Positions 37,661 to 51,379 of a stretch of DNA of 64,000 nucleotides are shown here, piece by piece; position 1 is the first letter of the stretch, and the number at the start of each line of letters is the position of its first letter. Made by a program: the position numbers and the translations under genes. The stretch spans positions 764,370-828,369 of the forward strand of contig MU053513.1 of assembly GCA_013239625.1 (NCBI GenBank). Direction: 5' to 3'. The notes beneath the pieces were generated by a model. That model was not told the DNA's origin and made no database searches. It saw only the letters and a list, made by a program, of their open reading frames with translations. Source of the stretch: Lama guanicoe. Its lineage: Eukaryota.

Positions 37661-38589
37661 ACTCCAATCCAGAAATGAATGATGCAATTTCAGAAACTAT
37701 TTCAATATGACAAATGTGACTGTATATTGATATTTACATAGCTAAAGAACCCTTTTTAAAAGACTGCTTGTTAAAATTACATGGCATGAGGCAAGTGTGT
37801 GCACTCTCCCTCAAAGTAACAAATATATACTATTATTTTCTTCTTTTGCTTTCCGGACTGCACCTTCTGAAGACTTATCTCTTCAACTTTTTCAAATATG
37901 GGTCATCAGTGGGAAAGCCTTTATGGAGTATGTCTGTAAGGATGGCCTCCAACAGCTGAGGGCAGACTTCCAAAGTCCAGAGCTGATTTTCCCAGGGATG
38001 TCTTGCTGGATAAGAAGTTCCACTGAAATTCACACCCAAAGCAAAGTGCAGGGAAGGTCACCGTTAACCACGACATGTTCAGTTCTTCAGGTGAGCTCTT
38101 TATAGAAACAGCTATATTTAACCCGGATGCTCCTTCTGCATCCTTCAGGGATGCCTGGAAGTTGAAAATAGAAACCAGGGAGCTCTTGGAGTTAGCCTAA
38201 TAACTGAAAGTATTTCATAATTCTTCGTGCTGTTTGCATACATAAAAACAGCAATCTTTATTGCTCACGGAGGTGAAGACATAATTTCTGATCATCCAGA
38301 TACATTGAAAGGTGTGCTTACTCTGGCAGAGAAAAGGGTAGAATAAATGCTGTCTTGCTGCTCAGAAGTCCAGCCTTGAACTGAGTTGGAAATGAAGAAG
38401 AAAGACTCTTTTCCTTGCTTAATTATTTGGTGACATTTTTAAAAGCTATCTGCCTACAAACAACAATTTTATCAATCTCAATAGAAAAAAAGTATTATAT
38501 ATGGTAAAGATAATTTTCTTTTAGTTTGTTTATATATTTTTTTCGTTTACTGGGGACAAGGACTACTTCGTCGATCAAGTGCATTTAGT

Positions 38590-38790
38590 GCTATGGTAAG
38601 AATACTACCCACGTGTTCTTGTTTAGGGCTCCTTACAAAGCAGTGTGATTATATTTCCTAACTTTACGGTTGATAAAACTGAAAGTCTGTAGGCAATGTC
38701 CACTATAATTAAGGCAGAGTGGTAAAACGGAAATTTAAATCTAATTCTGTTCCACTCCAAATTTTAAGCTCTTTATACTACACTGTGCAG
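38590..38790 (-). mobile_element. MIR SINE
   Basis: ctttacggttgataaaactgaaag...gaaatttaaatctaattctgttccactccaa. Confidence 0.55.
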
Positions 38791-41167
38791 TTGTCCTGCC
38801 TGACCTGACTACTTTGGGTAAATTACCTTCTTTTTCTTTTCTTCAACTGGTTGTTTGACAAGTCTGGTGAATAAGGTTAGGTGTTCTTATTGGCTTCCTT
38901 TTAAGTAGCTCAGTCATTATATTTTTTTATTTTTTTGCTTCTTCCATTTGGTTCAAGTGTCATTTCTCTGTTTCATCTTCTGGATTAGGAGATGTCATTG
39001 CATAAGCAAAGATACTGATTGAACCATGAGGACAACAGATTCATATGACCAGATCTGCAGCCACTAAGTGCCAATTATAACCTCAAGATACCATCCACGG
39101 TGCTTTTAGGAAATCTACTATGGAACATTTCTTCCACTCCAATTTCAAGAAAGGCTAAGTTTTTACAGCCTTGGAGAATTTTTAGCAAAATAACCGGCAT
39201 GCTATTAAGAGCCACTTCAGTCCCTGTGCATGAACAGCTGCCTCTTGTCAAAGAGGGGGCACCTCTGCAGACCTGAGGCTGAATGTGCTGCTTTCAAGAC
39301 CTGCACACCAATGCCTGAACCAAGACCTCATCCTCGTGCCCTAACACACTTACCACCCAAATAAACGGACAAACCATTCAGTGCTCTCATGACTAAATAG
39401 ATGTTTTTAGAAGATTTTTGAATGCTGAAAACAAAATATTGTTGGTTTTCAAAAGCTATTGGATGTAAAAACCGTTCATGGAAAATGAGATTATGTAAGA
39501 TGCTCTCCAAAATCTAAGACTCTAACCATATTTGTGAAGTCTAGAGCTAAAGGCCAGCACAACATCGACAGAACCATGAAGCTCAATCAGAAAGCAAGAG
39601 GCATTAGTTTTCACGTTTCTGGATGAATAAAAAGTCTAATTACTTTAGAAATAAGAGGAAGGCTATCTCAGAGTATTAAAATTAATCTTGTCTTTAATTA
39701 ATTAATTAAAATTAATCCTGTCTCTGAGTCTATGAGGGCATGGACCTCATTTCATTAATCATTCCACCCCTAGTACCTGCTGTTATGTATAAATGATGTG
39801 GGTGCTTAAAATATATAGGGAAAAGGAATTAGTGAAATAATGAGTGGGTAACTTGATAATAGCCACAGGCAAAAAGCATCACATGATTCCAACATAAGAT
39901 AAGACGCCGTGTCAGAAACTAAGAAGGAAGGTGAGGAGACTACAAAATAAATTGTTTTTTTTTTTCCAATTTGTCTACTACTGTCTTGATGATACACAAT
40001 CCCATGTGAAGGTGTTAGTGAAAGTGTAACTCATTCCCTTTGTTCCAACCCCAGAAAAGTTATACCTCTGCCAGATCGTGGTTTGTATCTTCCGTCTTCT
40101 TCCTGTTGCTCACTCTCCCATTCTTCCTAATGTCACACTGATCGCAGAGCAGACGCTGCAATATTCCGAAGTTCCTCTGCCCTAAGGATCTTGTATAAAC
40201 TTCAAAGAAACCTCAACATTGCAAAGGTTACACCAAGGCAACGGACATCAGTCATCTTCAGGTCTCCTCCCTAAACGTGCACTCAGATTCCTTAATCAAA
40301 AAGTCCAAGTTATCAGTTGTCATTACATATTTTTACTCTGGAGGAAGAGGACTGTAAAGCTGCTGGGTTAAGTAATTCATCAGCTCCTCTACATGAATGG
40401 CCTGGACCCCTACCTCAATAACTCACTGTGCCAATTTATTACACATTTTCAGATGAGTGGTATTCACTTACAAGAGCACAGTAAAATCCCGAACAGTTTT
40501 TTTTTTTCACATAAATCATGCAACTAAGATTAAAGGAAATTGCCGGATATCCAACTTGCACGTTGGCAACACAACTTAGCAACATATGATTAGCCCAAGG
40601 TGTTCTTTCCCTCCTTTATACCTATAGAGAAACAGAAACTTGGAAAAAGAAAGACACAAAGATTTAACAAAACCCAGAAATGTGACCAGTACTTTATACA
40701 GTACTAACAATTCTAATATTTTGTCGAGTATTGTTTATAATTCAATTCAAAATAGTTTTACAATCCAGTCCTTACAAATGGGTAAGTTTCTGTTTTGAGG
40801 ATTCAAAACAGGTAAGAAACATTTTCCTAACCCTAAGATCATACTAATTCAATGAGGGATACTATTAGCATGCAAATAGTTTTAATATGAGGCAGAAAAT
40901 ACATTTCAGAAAGGAAGTATTAAATATTATAGGCGTAGAAGGAGAATTACATCTAGCTGGGTGGTTGTTAGATGTTTTAAAAAGTTGATTAGAGCTGGCA
41001 CAGACAGGCGGGATCCAGGTGACCAGAGTCCAATTCTATCCTGGTATAAATACTTAATATGCCCATAAAACATCACGTAAATGTGTGTGCTGAAATATAA
41101 ACTATTTTCCATGGGGCCAGCTCTATGTTATGCACTATCCTAAGAACCATATATCTATGACAAAATT

Positions 41168-41380
41168 TATTATTTTATTGAGATATAATTGACATATAAA
41201 CTCATATAATTTTTAGGTTTACAGCACAATGACACAACCTATGTATAAACTGTGAAATAATCATCACAATCAATCAAGTTAACATCCATCACCATGCAGA
41301 TGTAGGAACTTTTTTCTTGTGATGAGAAATTTTAAGATCTATTCTCTTAGCAACTTTTAGACACATCAAGCAATATTGTT
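41168..41380 (-). mobile_element. L1MA9-like 3' end
   Basis: ttattgagatataattgacatat...ttaacatccatcacc...ttgtgatgagaaattttaagatctattctcttagcaacttt. Confidence 0.85.
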
Positions 41381-41544
41381 GAAAATACGATCAGACTGGA
41401 TCCACACAAGAGCAACGTGAGGTTAAGGTGTTAAGATACTTTATTATTCCAGTGGCAGATCTGGGTTGGCCGCCTCATCCTGTAAAGCTTGCTCTTAAAC
41501 ACCGCACCTCACTTCTTATCACCACTGTCTCCCTGGGACAGTGG

Positions 41545-41830
41545 GGTGAATGCTGGCGTCACTAAGAAAAATGGAGATGTCAGAAGGAGCAGCTTCTCTG
41601 GGCAGGGAAGATGAGCTCATATTTCTGTATTTCACATGATGGGATTTGACCTGATGCTCATGGAGCTGGTGGGGAGAGGTGGAGAAAACTCCAATGTGGT
41701 TCTGGAAATCGGCTTTATAGCGTTGAGACTGGAATAAATAAGATTATCCCAGAAGGGGCAAAGGGTGAGAGAGAAGAAGGTAAAGAACAGAGTCTTGAGG
41801 GAAGCCTTCATTGAGAAGAGACAGCTGCCT
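41545..41830 (-). mobile_element. L2 fragment
   Basis: ggagcagc...gggaagatgagctc...gagagaagaagg...aacagagtcttgagg. Confidence 0.5.
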
Positions 41831-42579
41831 CAGGGAAGGAGTGGGCACAGTTGCCAAAGCTGGCTTATAGTTGGTGACGTCCTCTTGGGCCAGGCTTCTG
41901 CTGAGGCCAACTCAGTGGACTGCATTCAACACCTCACCCAGTCAACTCTTCTGCAAAGCTTTGCATCTGGCACATAGGAGACTTTTTCAAAAAAATCTTC
42001 TCAAATTAAATTGGAAAGAACTAACATTTTCTCTGAGTGAACCGTGTGAGCCATAGGTTTTAATAATTCTACCTCATTGACTTCTCTCAGCTTATTTTGC
42101 CCCTTTTTGGAGATGAAGAAATCCAGACATTGAGTAAGTGGGGAAATTAGGAGTCAACGTCAGACCCGCCTGATTCCAAAGTGATTTTCATCTTCCACAC
42201 CGTGTGTCTGAGAGGTCTGCCTTGTGTGATCACTGGATTGTTTTCAGTGCAGTTTAGTTTTCTATTGTTGTGATGATGATGGTTGTTCGAAGAAACGAGA
42301 AGGCTTTATTTGACAGGAAATAATGAGCTGTCATTTTTACATGAACTAAAGTTCCTGTTGAGAAAAAAAAAATGACATGGTGACTGGAATTTGTGTTTCA
42401 ATTATTCCTCCATCTAAACAAAGTGAACCAACTAGTTAGCCATATACAAGATTTGTAGTAGACAGTTTTGTAATATCACTATCATTAGTTGCACTAGGCA
42501 AATATCATCCATCTGTCAAGAGAGAAAAATGTATCAACTCACACCCACCCTATTTTTTTTTTTAGGACTTGAACATTCT

Positions 42580-42694
42580 CTTTTTTTTTTATTGAACTAT
42601 AGTCAGTTACAATGTTGTGCTAATCTCTGGTGTACAGCATAATGTTTCAGTCATATATATACACACATATATTCCTTTTCATATTCTTTTTCAC
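42580..42694 (-). mobile_element. L1 extreme 3' end (camelid type)
   Basis: T-tail, attgaactatagtcagttacaatgttgtg...ggtgtacagcataatgtttcagtc. Confidence 0.85.
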
Positions 42695-44354
42695 ACACTC
42701 CTTTTCTTTTGATAATTGGACAAAAGTTCATTCTGCTTATAAGATTGCACTGGCTGATTTTTATTTGCTCATGGATGAAGAATTTTCTTCTTGTCACTTA
42801 GGACTTTGAGGTTTACACTATATAAAAATCTCCTGATTTGAAACCTGAGGAAATGGATTTAAAGCTCCCTTCAAGGATTATCAGTGAGGTCAAGAAGCAT
42901 GTTAATGAGGTGTGGACAACACCAGGACCAGAGGGGTGAGCTCTCTGTTCTGCCCTCCAGCTCCTCTCCAGACCCCAGGAGGAGAGGAGCAGGTCATGCC
43001 TTTTCAGAGGAAGGGCTGGGGAAGTGGTATTTCCTCTTCTGTAAGAGGGAAAAGGAAACCCATCCATTTAGGGTGTCTGGGCTAGATCTTAATCCTTCTG
43101 ATCTGGAGTTGTCATTTTTTTTTTCTTTTTGTTAGATAGGAAAGAAAGTTGTGCCCTGACCCAAAGGAAAACAGAACATCTGAATTATGACCCCACTCCC
43201 CGCAACCAGCCACCACATGAAAGAACCTTCTGCATCACTAACTATTCAAGCTGACAGGGAAAATCTGAAAGGGAATGTGACATAATGCCATAACGTAAAA
43301 GATGGAAGGCAGAGACCAAAAAAGAGAGGATGGCCCTTTATTCTCTATTAAAAGTGCTCATTCATAGGAGGAGAGGTTGAAGAAAAAAATAACAATGTAA
43401 AAAGGCAACATCAAAAGTGTACTCAATTCTGACTTTATTCTAGCCATTCACCCTTTTGCACTATATCTTATCTTTTAAGGTTTTTGTGTGTGTGGTTTTC
43501 ATAACATATTTGATGTATTTTAGAAAGGCAGTGTAAAAAGGAGAGAGAGACTAGAATAAAGCTTGCTCTTTCTTAACAGCTATTTGGATGTTAATGCCTC
43601 ATAAAGAAAATACTTTATGAAGTTTTCCCCTTAAGTTGGAGCTGATTTTTGATATTTCATCCTGACGGTCTTTAATAACCCATTATAATTTACAATGTTG
43701 ATATTGCATGATCGGACAACATCAAAGATATTACATTTTTTTTCTTAAACAAAAATGTCATTTCCTAGTGTAACCTCTGTCTCTGTGAACCAACCTATGT
43801 ATTCATGCAACACAGTGAAAATCAATGGAATATGAAGCACCAGTAATGATATGTAACATGTTTGCAACAGATGGCCTCTTCCATGCAGCTGAGCGTACTG
43901 AGGCTTGCTGCTTCATTTAAGCTTGGCTGACATGGCAGATTCAGTGTTACAAAAGAAGATTTTTTTTTTTTTCCAGAAGCACCCAGCCCTCCAGCCTCAT
44001 TGTTTCAATATTCACTGTGTCATTTTACATTTCAATTTTAAAACACCTTATTGCCTCTGTTAGCATTTTAGGTCTTTACAATCAAAATGGCACAACTATT
44101 ATTGTGAGAATAGGAGCAATATATAAGCTAATCAATAGATAGTGGTAACTATTTAAATGAATGCAAATTTTGTCATTTGTTCTGAACATACACCCTTTTT
44201 TATACACCACTCTAAGTCACATCATATGTAATACAAAAATGTTATTCTATCAGATTCTGTAAAAACCAGAATTCAGTGATTAAGTCCAAGGCCTGAAGTA
44301 GGTGTTCAAAAAATATTTGTTAGATTAACTAAAAGTTCTGATTACTCCCTATTA

Positions 44355-44830
44355 ACGAGCTTTTTTAAGTTTACAAGTTACAGAAATATAATCAAATAGA
44401 TTCAAGCACAAATAGGGGAGTGGGAGTTATTGACTTAATAGAACTCTGAGGTCCCATATTTTACCTTCAGGTGTGATTATATCCAGGAACTGAAAAAATC
44501 TTCAGGACTCTTAATTTGTTTTTGTTTTTGACTCGCATCTCCCACTCCCTCCCATTTCTCCATATTGGCCTGATTTTAAGGTAGGCCCTTTCTTTCTAGG
44601 GGTCCCGGCGCTCCCAAATTTCATCTTGCTACCTACGTAACCAAGACGGGAAAATCTCTCTTTTCCAATAATTCTCAAAAAAAAAAAAAGTCATTGGTTA
44701 TATTTCATTGGCCAGGCATAAATCCTGTGGCTTCTCTTAGCCCTCAGAAGTGACATCATCTTACACTAAAGGTGTGAGTTAAGAGTGAAGGAGTGATTCC
44801 CCAAAGGAAACACAAGGTTATTTACACAAC
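44355..44830 (-). mobile_element. MLT1 (MLT1J/K-like) LTR
   Basis: caagttacagaaa...aagcacaaatagggg...ttattg...cttcaggtgtgattatatccagg...tcattggccagg. Confidence 0.6.
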
Positions 44831-46542
44831 ATGAGTCTACTACACAATCTCACCTGAGATAGATCCAACTTTGTAGAGTATATTTTCGTACTGGAATTTC
44901 GCCAGCGTCACAGCTCTGCAAGAAAGATCTAAACTATTTCTAACAGGCACTTGTGGTTGTGAAGGCCACTGTTTTAGACTTTTAGTACTTCGATTTTATC
45001 TAATTTGAAGGAGCAGTCTATATGGAGAAAGTATTAGTTAGAGAGATCATCATTCTCCCTGAAATTAAACCTACAAGCCACTATTTTGAGAACAAGTTTA
45101 ACAATATGATTTTTTTAAATATTTATTTTATTAAAAATAATAATGCCATCTGAAAAAAATGACTTTAATTTTCTAAAGAATGTGATCAGGTTTACCTAAT
45201 AAATGAAACTGATGCTAAAAAAGTGATGACAACATGCTCGAGTTGTTGACTAAGAGGAATTCTTTTGTTCATATATGGCACCAGAATGCTGTCTGTGTGC
45301 ATGTATACATATATAGTAACTTGTCCATTCTTTCAGGAGTGGTTCATATCTGAGAGACACCTGGCTGGTCAGGTTTGGGTATACAGTCTGGATTATGTAC
45401 AGAAAAAGCTAATTGGCCCCCACAGGGATCAAACCTCTGATGCCATTATGTGTCCATCCGAATCAGCTGTGCTCACCAGCCATAGACAGGCAGAAGCGTC
45501 ATTAAGTGTCCCAGAGTTCCTGACACGGTCTCCTTCCACACCGCTCCACAACAGAGTCTGGTGATGATTCATGCAAGAGGCAGCCATACACATCTCAGCT
45601 TCCTGAGGAAGGAACTAGAAGAACAGGCCAAGCAATCTTTTGAAGCTGATAAGGTTTAAGTCAGCACCTTCCTCGTCAACATCTCCCAGGCCCCTCCACT
45701 GGCTCCTCTTCCTTGGCACACTGATACGTGCTGGTGACATCATTTCCCAGGAAAAGCAGCCCAGCGCCACATGCTCTCCATTGAATTTTTGCTATTGGAA
45801 ATCTGAGTTGTTTTTTGCAAAAACATTGTCTTTTAGAGGATGAGGAATACAGTTGGATGCATCTTTGGTTTCAAGTATGTCAGGATTTAAATGTCAATTA
45901 CTAGATCCCAAGTTTACATAAGGTAATTTGAACACAGTCTTAATTTTTCACTGTTTCATATTCTACAAATCATGTTGCAGAAGTATGTTAAGTGCTTCCT
46001 TTGAACATGTAATGAACATGCCCCATCCTCTCATCAGCTTTTGGTTTCTCCCTATATGAGAGATTGCTTCTAGCCCTTGACCTATATGATTAAAAGGACA
46101 TATTTATATTTCACACATTTGTTATGTATTTCATAAGATAGCATAATACAGCAACTGACAAAATGCATGTATAGTACTTACTTACATGTAGTTAAAATAC
46201 TTAAAAAGGCTTTTTTACCACAGCTTGTCCAAAGCATGATGCCCACAATCGTATTAACATCAGATCATCACGCATTAAATGTCTTTGATAATGAGCATCA
46301 TGATCAGAATCTGTAGGCTGAGCCTATCTTCTTATATATAGACATGAAACATGTATATATGTGTGTTATTTTACAGGCCTTGATGCTAAAACTATTCTTC
46401 TATGTACTACTTTATGGTGATAGTTGGGTTCAAATTTTTTTAAGACTGAATCAGGACTGTTGACTTTAAATGTATGATTTGATTTCCAGATACATGATAA
46501 ATAAAACTTAAGAATATAGGGTAATTTAACTGCTATTTTAAA

Positions 46543-46655
46543 ATAAGAAGAAAGAAAGAAGGAGACAGCAGAAGGAAACAAGGGAGGAAAGAAGAAAAAG
46601 GAGAAGGAAGAGAAGAAGGAAGGGAGGAAGAAAGGAAGGGAGGGATGGAGAAATA
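46543..46655. repeat. GA-rich polypurine low-complexity tract
   Basis: Runs of aaag/aagg/gagg. Confidence 0.85.
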
Positions 46656-48424
46656 AAACAAAAATTGCCTGTAGATGTCCCATAGACCTTGGTAGCAGGA
46701 TTACACATGCTATTTAAATCTACCTCTAAAAAGCAAAATCAAAAAAAAATGCATAGCATAGAAACTATCCCTAATCTAAAACAACTTTGGTTAAAGTCAA
46801 TCAGATGTGAAAACATAATGTTACATGAAACAGATACAGACTGAATGTGTTAAGAAACTCAGATAAAATGGCTAAGACATCTCTAAAATAGATTTCTTTT
46901 TTTTTCTCTTTTTCAAGGCAAAATACATGAGAAGAAAAGCATGAGTCCATTAAAAAAAAAGAGGAGGGAAGTGACCATTTTATTTAAAATGACTAAGCAA
47001 GTCACTTTCCTCACGGTGTTGGGGGGACTTTTTACATGAGCTCAGAAAGCTGTGAAAATATTGTATATTGTACAACTGAAAACATGATGGACAGCCTGAA
47101 AAATAACAAAAGTGAAATTCAATGCTATTTCAATCACCAAAGCTAAATGTAAGGCTTTCCAATAATGTAACTTATATGGATACTTATAAACACCTAATTC
47201 TAGGCACATATAGGAGCAAGTATAAAATACTGTAATTAAAACATCCATTAAAACACATATGGACTTAAGAGTCTCACTGAAACTGCACTATTAACTTTTA
47301 AAGAGTCTTAGAGCTGCCAGTTCAGCTGTTTAAATAATAGGAAGACTTGTAATAGGAACATATTAGGTCATTGTAAGAGAAAAGCCTGTATTTTATACCT
47401 CTTTAATGTTAGTCTTTCTGGGATAGTCCCTATGTATTTTATTAATAGCAGAACTCTTGTCTGGGTGTTATTTCAGCTACAGAAAAGCTTTCTAGAACCC
47501 ATGTGAACGTATTTGGCTGGGTAAACAGCATAAATGAAAGCATTTTAAATATCCTGAGTCTGGTTAACGGAAACTGTGCTTATGACAGCAGTTTACCCCT
47601 CAATGAGAATTCCATAAATGGCCATCATCCCACGGCATCGGTGTTCAGAAGCTCTCCTGGAAGGGAAAGCTTAGGCTGCAATGAGTTTAGAGACTAACAG
47701 ATGAAACCTCAAATGCTCATAACTGCTGAAAAGGAGAAATGTAGATTTATTTACATGGTATTAAAATTAGTTTCATTTGTAAGGTCACTTCTCAAAACTC
47801 TTTCAGAAGGTACTGAAGTATAGATAATGAATTATCCGTGATAAAGAAGCCACATTGTCTATGGAGTCATGGGAGGAAAAAAGATAAAAGTGCAAAACAC
47901 AGCTCCCATGGTAAATATGGATCAAGCATTTCTACAACGTCTCTACACTTCATTTTATTGACATTTACATTACATTTATTTCAGGCTGATTCCATTTGCC
48001 TCCTGGGTACCCATGTTAACTCCAGTATTCACATTTTCCATCTGATTCCTCTTCTCTGCTGGCAGGTTGTAGCCCTATCTGTCCATCATTCAAGGATTCA
48101 ACTGAAAGGTTGCTCTTCCCCCACCTCCCCATTCAGAAGGTTTTCCCAGCCCTTCCCTGCCTGCCTGTCAGCTTTCCTGCTTTCCTTTTCCCCCATCTTC
48201 CTTCTTGTATTGTGTGTCATAAATCTGTTCTGTTTTTGGAGGTCATACTCTTTCTTAATACACTTTCCTCTGGGTCACCCTTTGAAAATTTTGAATGTGG
48301 AGTCCAACTTTCGATCAATCAGTTAGCAGACATTTTCTGATACCTCCATGTATACATTCAACACAACATTAAACTTACCCTTTAAATAAGGAGCCTCACA
48401 GAAGTGGGACCAAAATCTCATATA

Positions 48425-48910
48425 CAGATATTCCTCTACTTAGATGGTGTTACATCCTGATCAGCTCACTATAAGTTTAAAATATCATTAAGTGGAAAAT
48501 GCATTTAATGCATCAAACCTCCTGAACATCGTAGTTCAGCCCAGCCTATCTTCTATGTGCTAAGAACACTTACATTAGCCTGCAGTGGGGCAAAATCATC
48601 TCACACAAAGCCTGTTTTATAATAAAGTGCTGAATGGCTCATATCATTTACTGAAGACTGTACAGAAAGTGAAAAACAGAGTAATTGTATAGGTACCAAA
48701 TGGTTGCCAGTGAATCAGTTGTTTATCCTCACAATTGTGAGACTGACTGGGAGCGTGGCATCACCAGAGTGTCATATGGTATATTGCTAGCCCAGGAAAA
48801 GAACAAAATTCGCAATTTGAAGTACGGTTTTCACTGAATGCATATGGCTTTTGCACTATCATCGAGTAGAAAAATCCCAAGTTGAACTATCGTCACTTGG
48901 AGACCATCTG
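48425..48910. mobile_element. TcMar-Tigger non-autonomous element (MER47/Tigger5-like) with both ends
   Basis: TA|cagatattcctctactta...tcacttggagaccatctg|TA; internal aagaacacttacattagcct..agt.gggcaaaatcatct. Confidence 0.9.
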
Positions 48911-50029
48911 TATTAAGCTCTTCCTAAAATAAACACTGCTAGACACTTTTATAAATGATCTCACTGAAAATTTCCAAAAATCTGCTCCCTCCAGTTCCAA
49001 CTGGGTCTGCATCATGTGGGAGAGTGGACATCCAGCCAGACGGCAGAAGCCGTGGGTCCTGACTCTGCTCCACTGCCCACCAGCTCTTCAGTCACGGGCA
49101 TCTCACTCTACTGAATTTCAGCGTTGGTATTCACCTCAGCTGGAGATAATAATGGCCAAAGTTCACACGTGGCAAAAGACGTGGAAATTGTCTGTACCTT
49201 TCGAAGAGCTATTCCAATAGCAGGTATTACAGTCTCCCACAAAGGTGCACGAAAGACGACCTTCAATTTTTCACATAATTAATTTTTTAAAATGTTAATC
49301 AGAGCTACCTGAAACTCGTCCCTGTAACAAAGTCATTATCACCTTTACTTGTGTTCTTATGTGGGAGAAAAAAGAGTCGAGGTAGGGATGGATAGAAGGA
49401 TGGATTTATAGATTATGAGGATAGTTAATATCCCTAAGCTTCTTCCCTGCAGTTTTTAAAGCTACTGAGAACCAGGCTCTTCTTCTGTGCCAGGGACTAA
49501 GTTGAATGTTTTATATATGTTTCAGAAAGAAAAAGACAAGTTCCTTCCAGAATTCAAACTTTTTTTAAACCACAGTGGGCATCGCTTCAATATTCTGAAA
49601 AAAAAGAAAAAGAAGAAAAAAGGAAAATTAGACTGAATTGCCCTGTTGTTAAAGGTTGGGAAGTGGGGACAAGGGGAGGTGCTGAAAGGTGAGACTGAAA
49701 CACCAGAGGCAGGAGCCCAGTTAGGTTTTGAGTCAAGGCACATTAGTGATGAGCTTCCGGTTGGGGAAATGGCTGAGGGTCTTTGGAAAATCGTGTAATT
49801 CTAGCAGACTTTATGGAAACACCTGCAAATCTTTGAACTTTCGGAAAGCCTGTACCCTCTCCCACCACTCCCCTCACCCACCCGCACACATACACGCTCT
49901 GATGGTAGTGGTACTACTGTAGGAGATTAAGAATTGAGACAGCACTGGGCGCGTGATAATATGGTAAGGAAAGAGAGACTAGAATGAGAGGGTGGGGACC
50001 AGCAGGAGTCGGAACTGAAAGGGTCTGGT

Positions 50030-50230
50030 AGCCATATGTGCATCACAAGGAGGCCTCAAAACTGGATTCAGATCTAGGATCTTGCAGTTAGAAGTGGTGT
50101 GATCTTGGGAAAGTGCTTTTTCCTTTCTGAGACCCTGATTCATCAGAGTAGTTGAGGATGCTGACAATTTCCACCTTGAGAGATTGTTTTATAGATTAAA
50201 TATGAAAAAACATATGCGTGACCAATGATG
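50030..50230 (+). mobile_element. MIR SINE
   Basis: ctggattcagatct...gtgtgatcttgggaaagt...tctgagaccctgattcatca. Confidence 0.6.
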
Positions 50231-50473
50231 ACGGCTAGGTGGGTTTTCCCAGTGTGCTACTGCCTCCTTATGCCTTTCTGTCCTTTATGAGTTGAATACA
50301 TGTGAAAACAGCACCCTTTCCTCTTTGACGGTCTCCTGTATTAATAAGGGTATTTCCTGGAATAACGGTTAAGGACAGCGCTGTAGAGAACCAGGTGGGG
50401 ACCTCGACATCGTGCTAAATCTACTCCTTCCTTCTGGGAGTAAACTCTCCGTGCTCTACCTGTGGTGTGGATT

Positions 50474-50476
<3 letters not shown>

Positions 50477-50515
<39 letters not shown>
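50477..50515. repeat. (AC)19 microsatellite at the tail position of an antisense L1
   Basis: Directly visible. Confidence 0.95.
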
Positions 50516-50518
<3 letters not shown>

Positions 50519-50645
50519 TCAGTTTACAACGTTGTGCCAATTTCTGGTGCGCAGCACAGCGCTTCAGTCATACAGGAGCATACATGTATTCGTTTTCACA
50601 TTCTTTTTCACCATAAGTTACTAAAAGATACTGAGTGTAGTTTCC
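50516..50645 (-). mobile_element. L1 3' end (camelid type), GC-shifted copy
   Basis: Aligns with copies at 27585 and 42599 in this window. Confidence 0.85.
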
Positions 50646-51379
50646 TTCCACTAACACGAGTGGATTTGGCTGAACTGAGTAAAAGTACCCCGTGCCAGGT
50701 GCGGAGTGGAGCAGCCCGGGAGGTAAACGCTGAAGACCTCTTCATCGTCTTAGCAGATTGACCTAAGACCCCGCTTCCCTTCCTGAAACCGTCTTAAAAA
50801 TGGGAAGTGATCTGACAAATTAGTTTACATTAAGGTGGCATTAAATGACAGTCTGATGTGTCAACTTTTCTGAAGGATATGTGTACATGAAACATAATAA
50901 AAGCAGAGAATGTATCCTGACCACTTCCTGTGTTAACAGGCACTTTCCTAAGGACTTTTTGAGTATTAGTATACAGTGTTCAACTTCACACAACCACCTG
51001 ACAAAGCTCCTTTTAACATTCCCATTTTGAAAACAAAAATCAGTCCGTGACTTTGGACTGTGACTGAATCCTTCTGAGTTCTAGACCCCTGTATCATGTC
51101 CCTCCCTTGTTACACGCCCCCAGGCTTTTCTGCTAGCTCACAGAACTTGGTGTACATTTCTTCTTGGGTCCCAGTTATTAGCCCCTCCATCTTCGTGTTG
51201 TTAACATGTCAAAGTTCCTTCTGTCTCTGTGCCTCGTCTGCTGCACACTGTGACATCCCCACATCCTTCATCACCTCGCCAGCCTCCCTTGTCTCCAGGA
51301 CCAAGTGCAGTGGAACTGTAACGTGGAGACGCTGTGCCTCTGGCCAGGTTAAATCCATCTGTTAGAACCCTGTGTTACA

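Noticed and set aside
47838..48340. 162-aa ORF
   Set aside because: Low-complexity Leu/Phe/Ser peptide arising from pyrimidine-rich DNA with a GTG start; a chance ORF.
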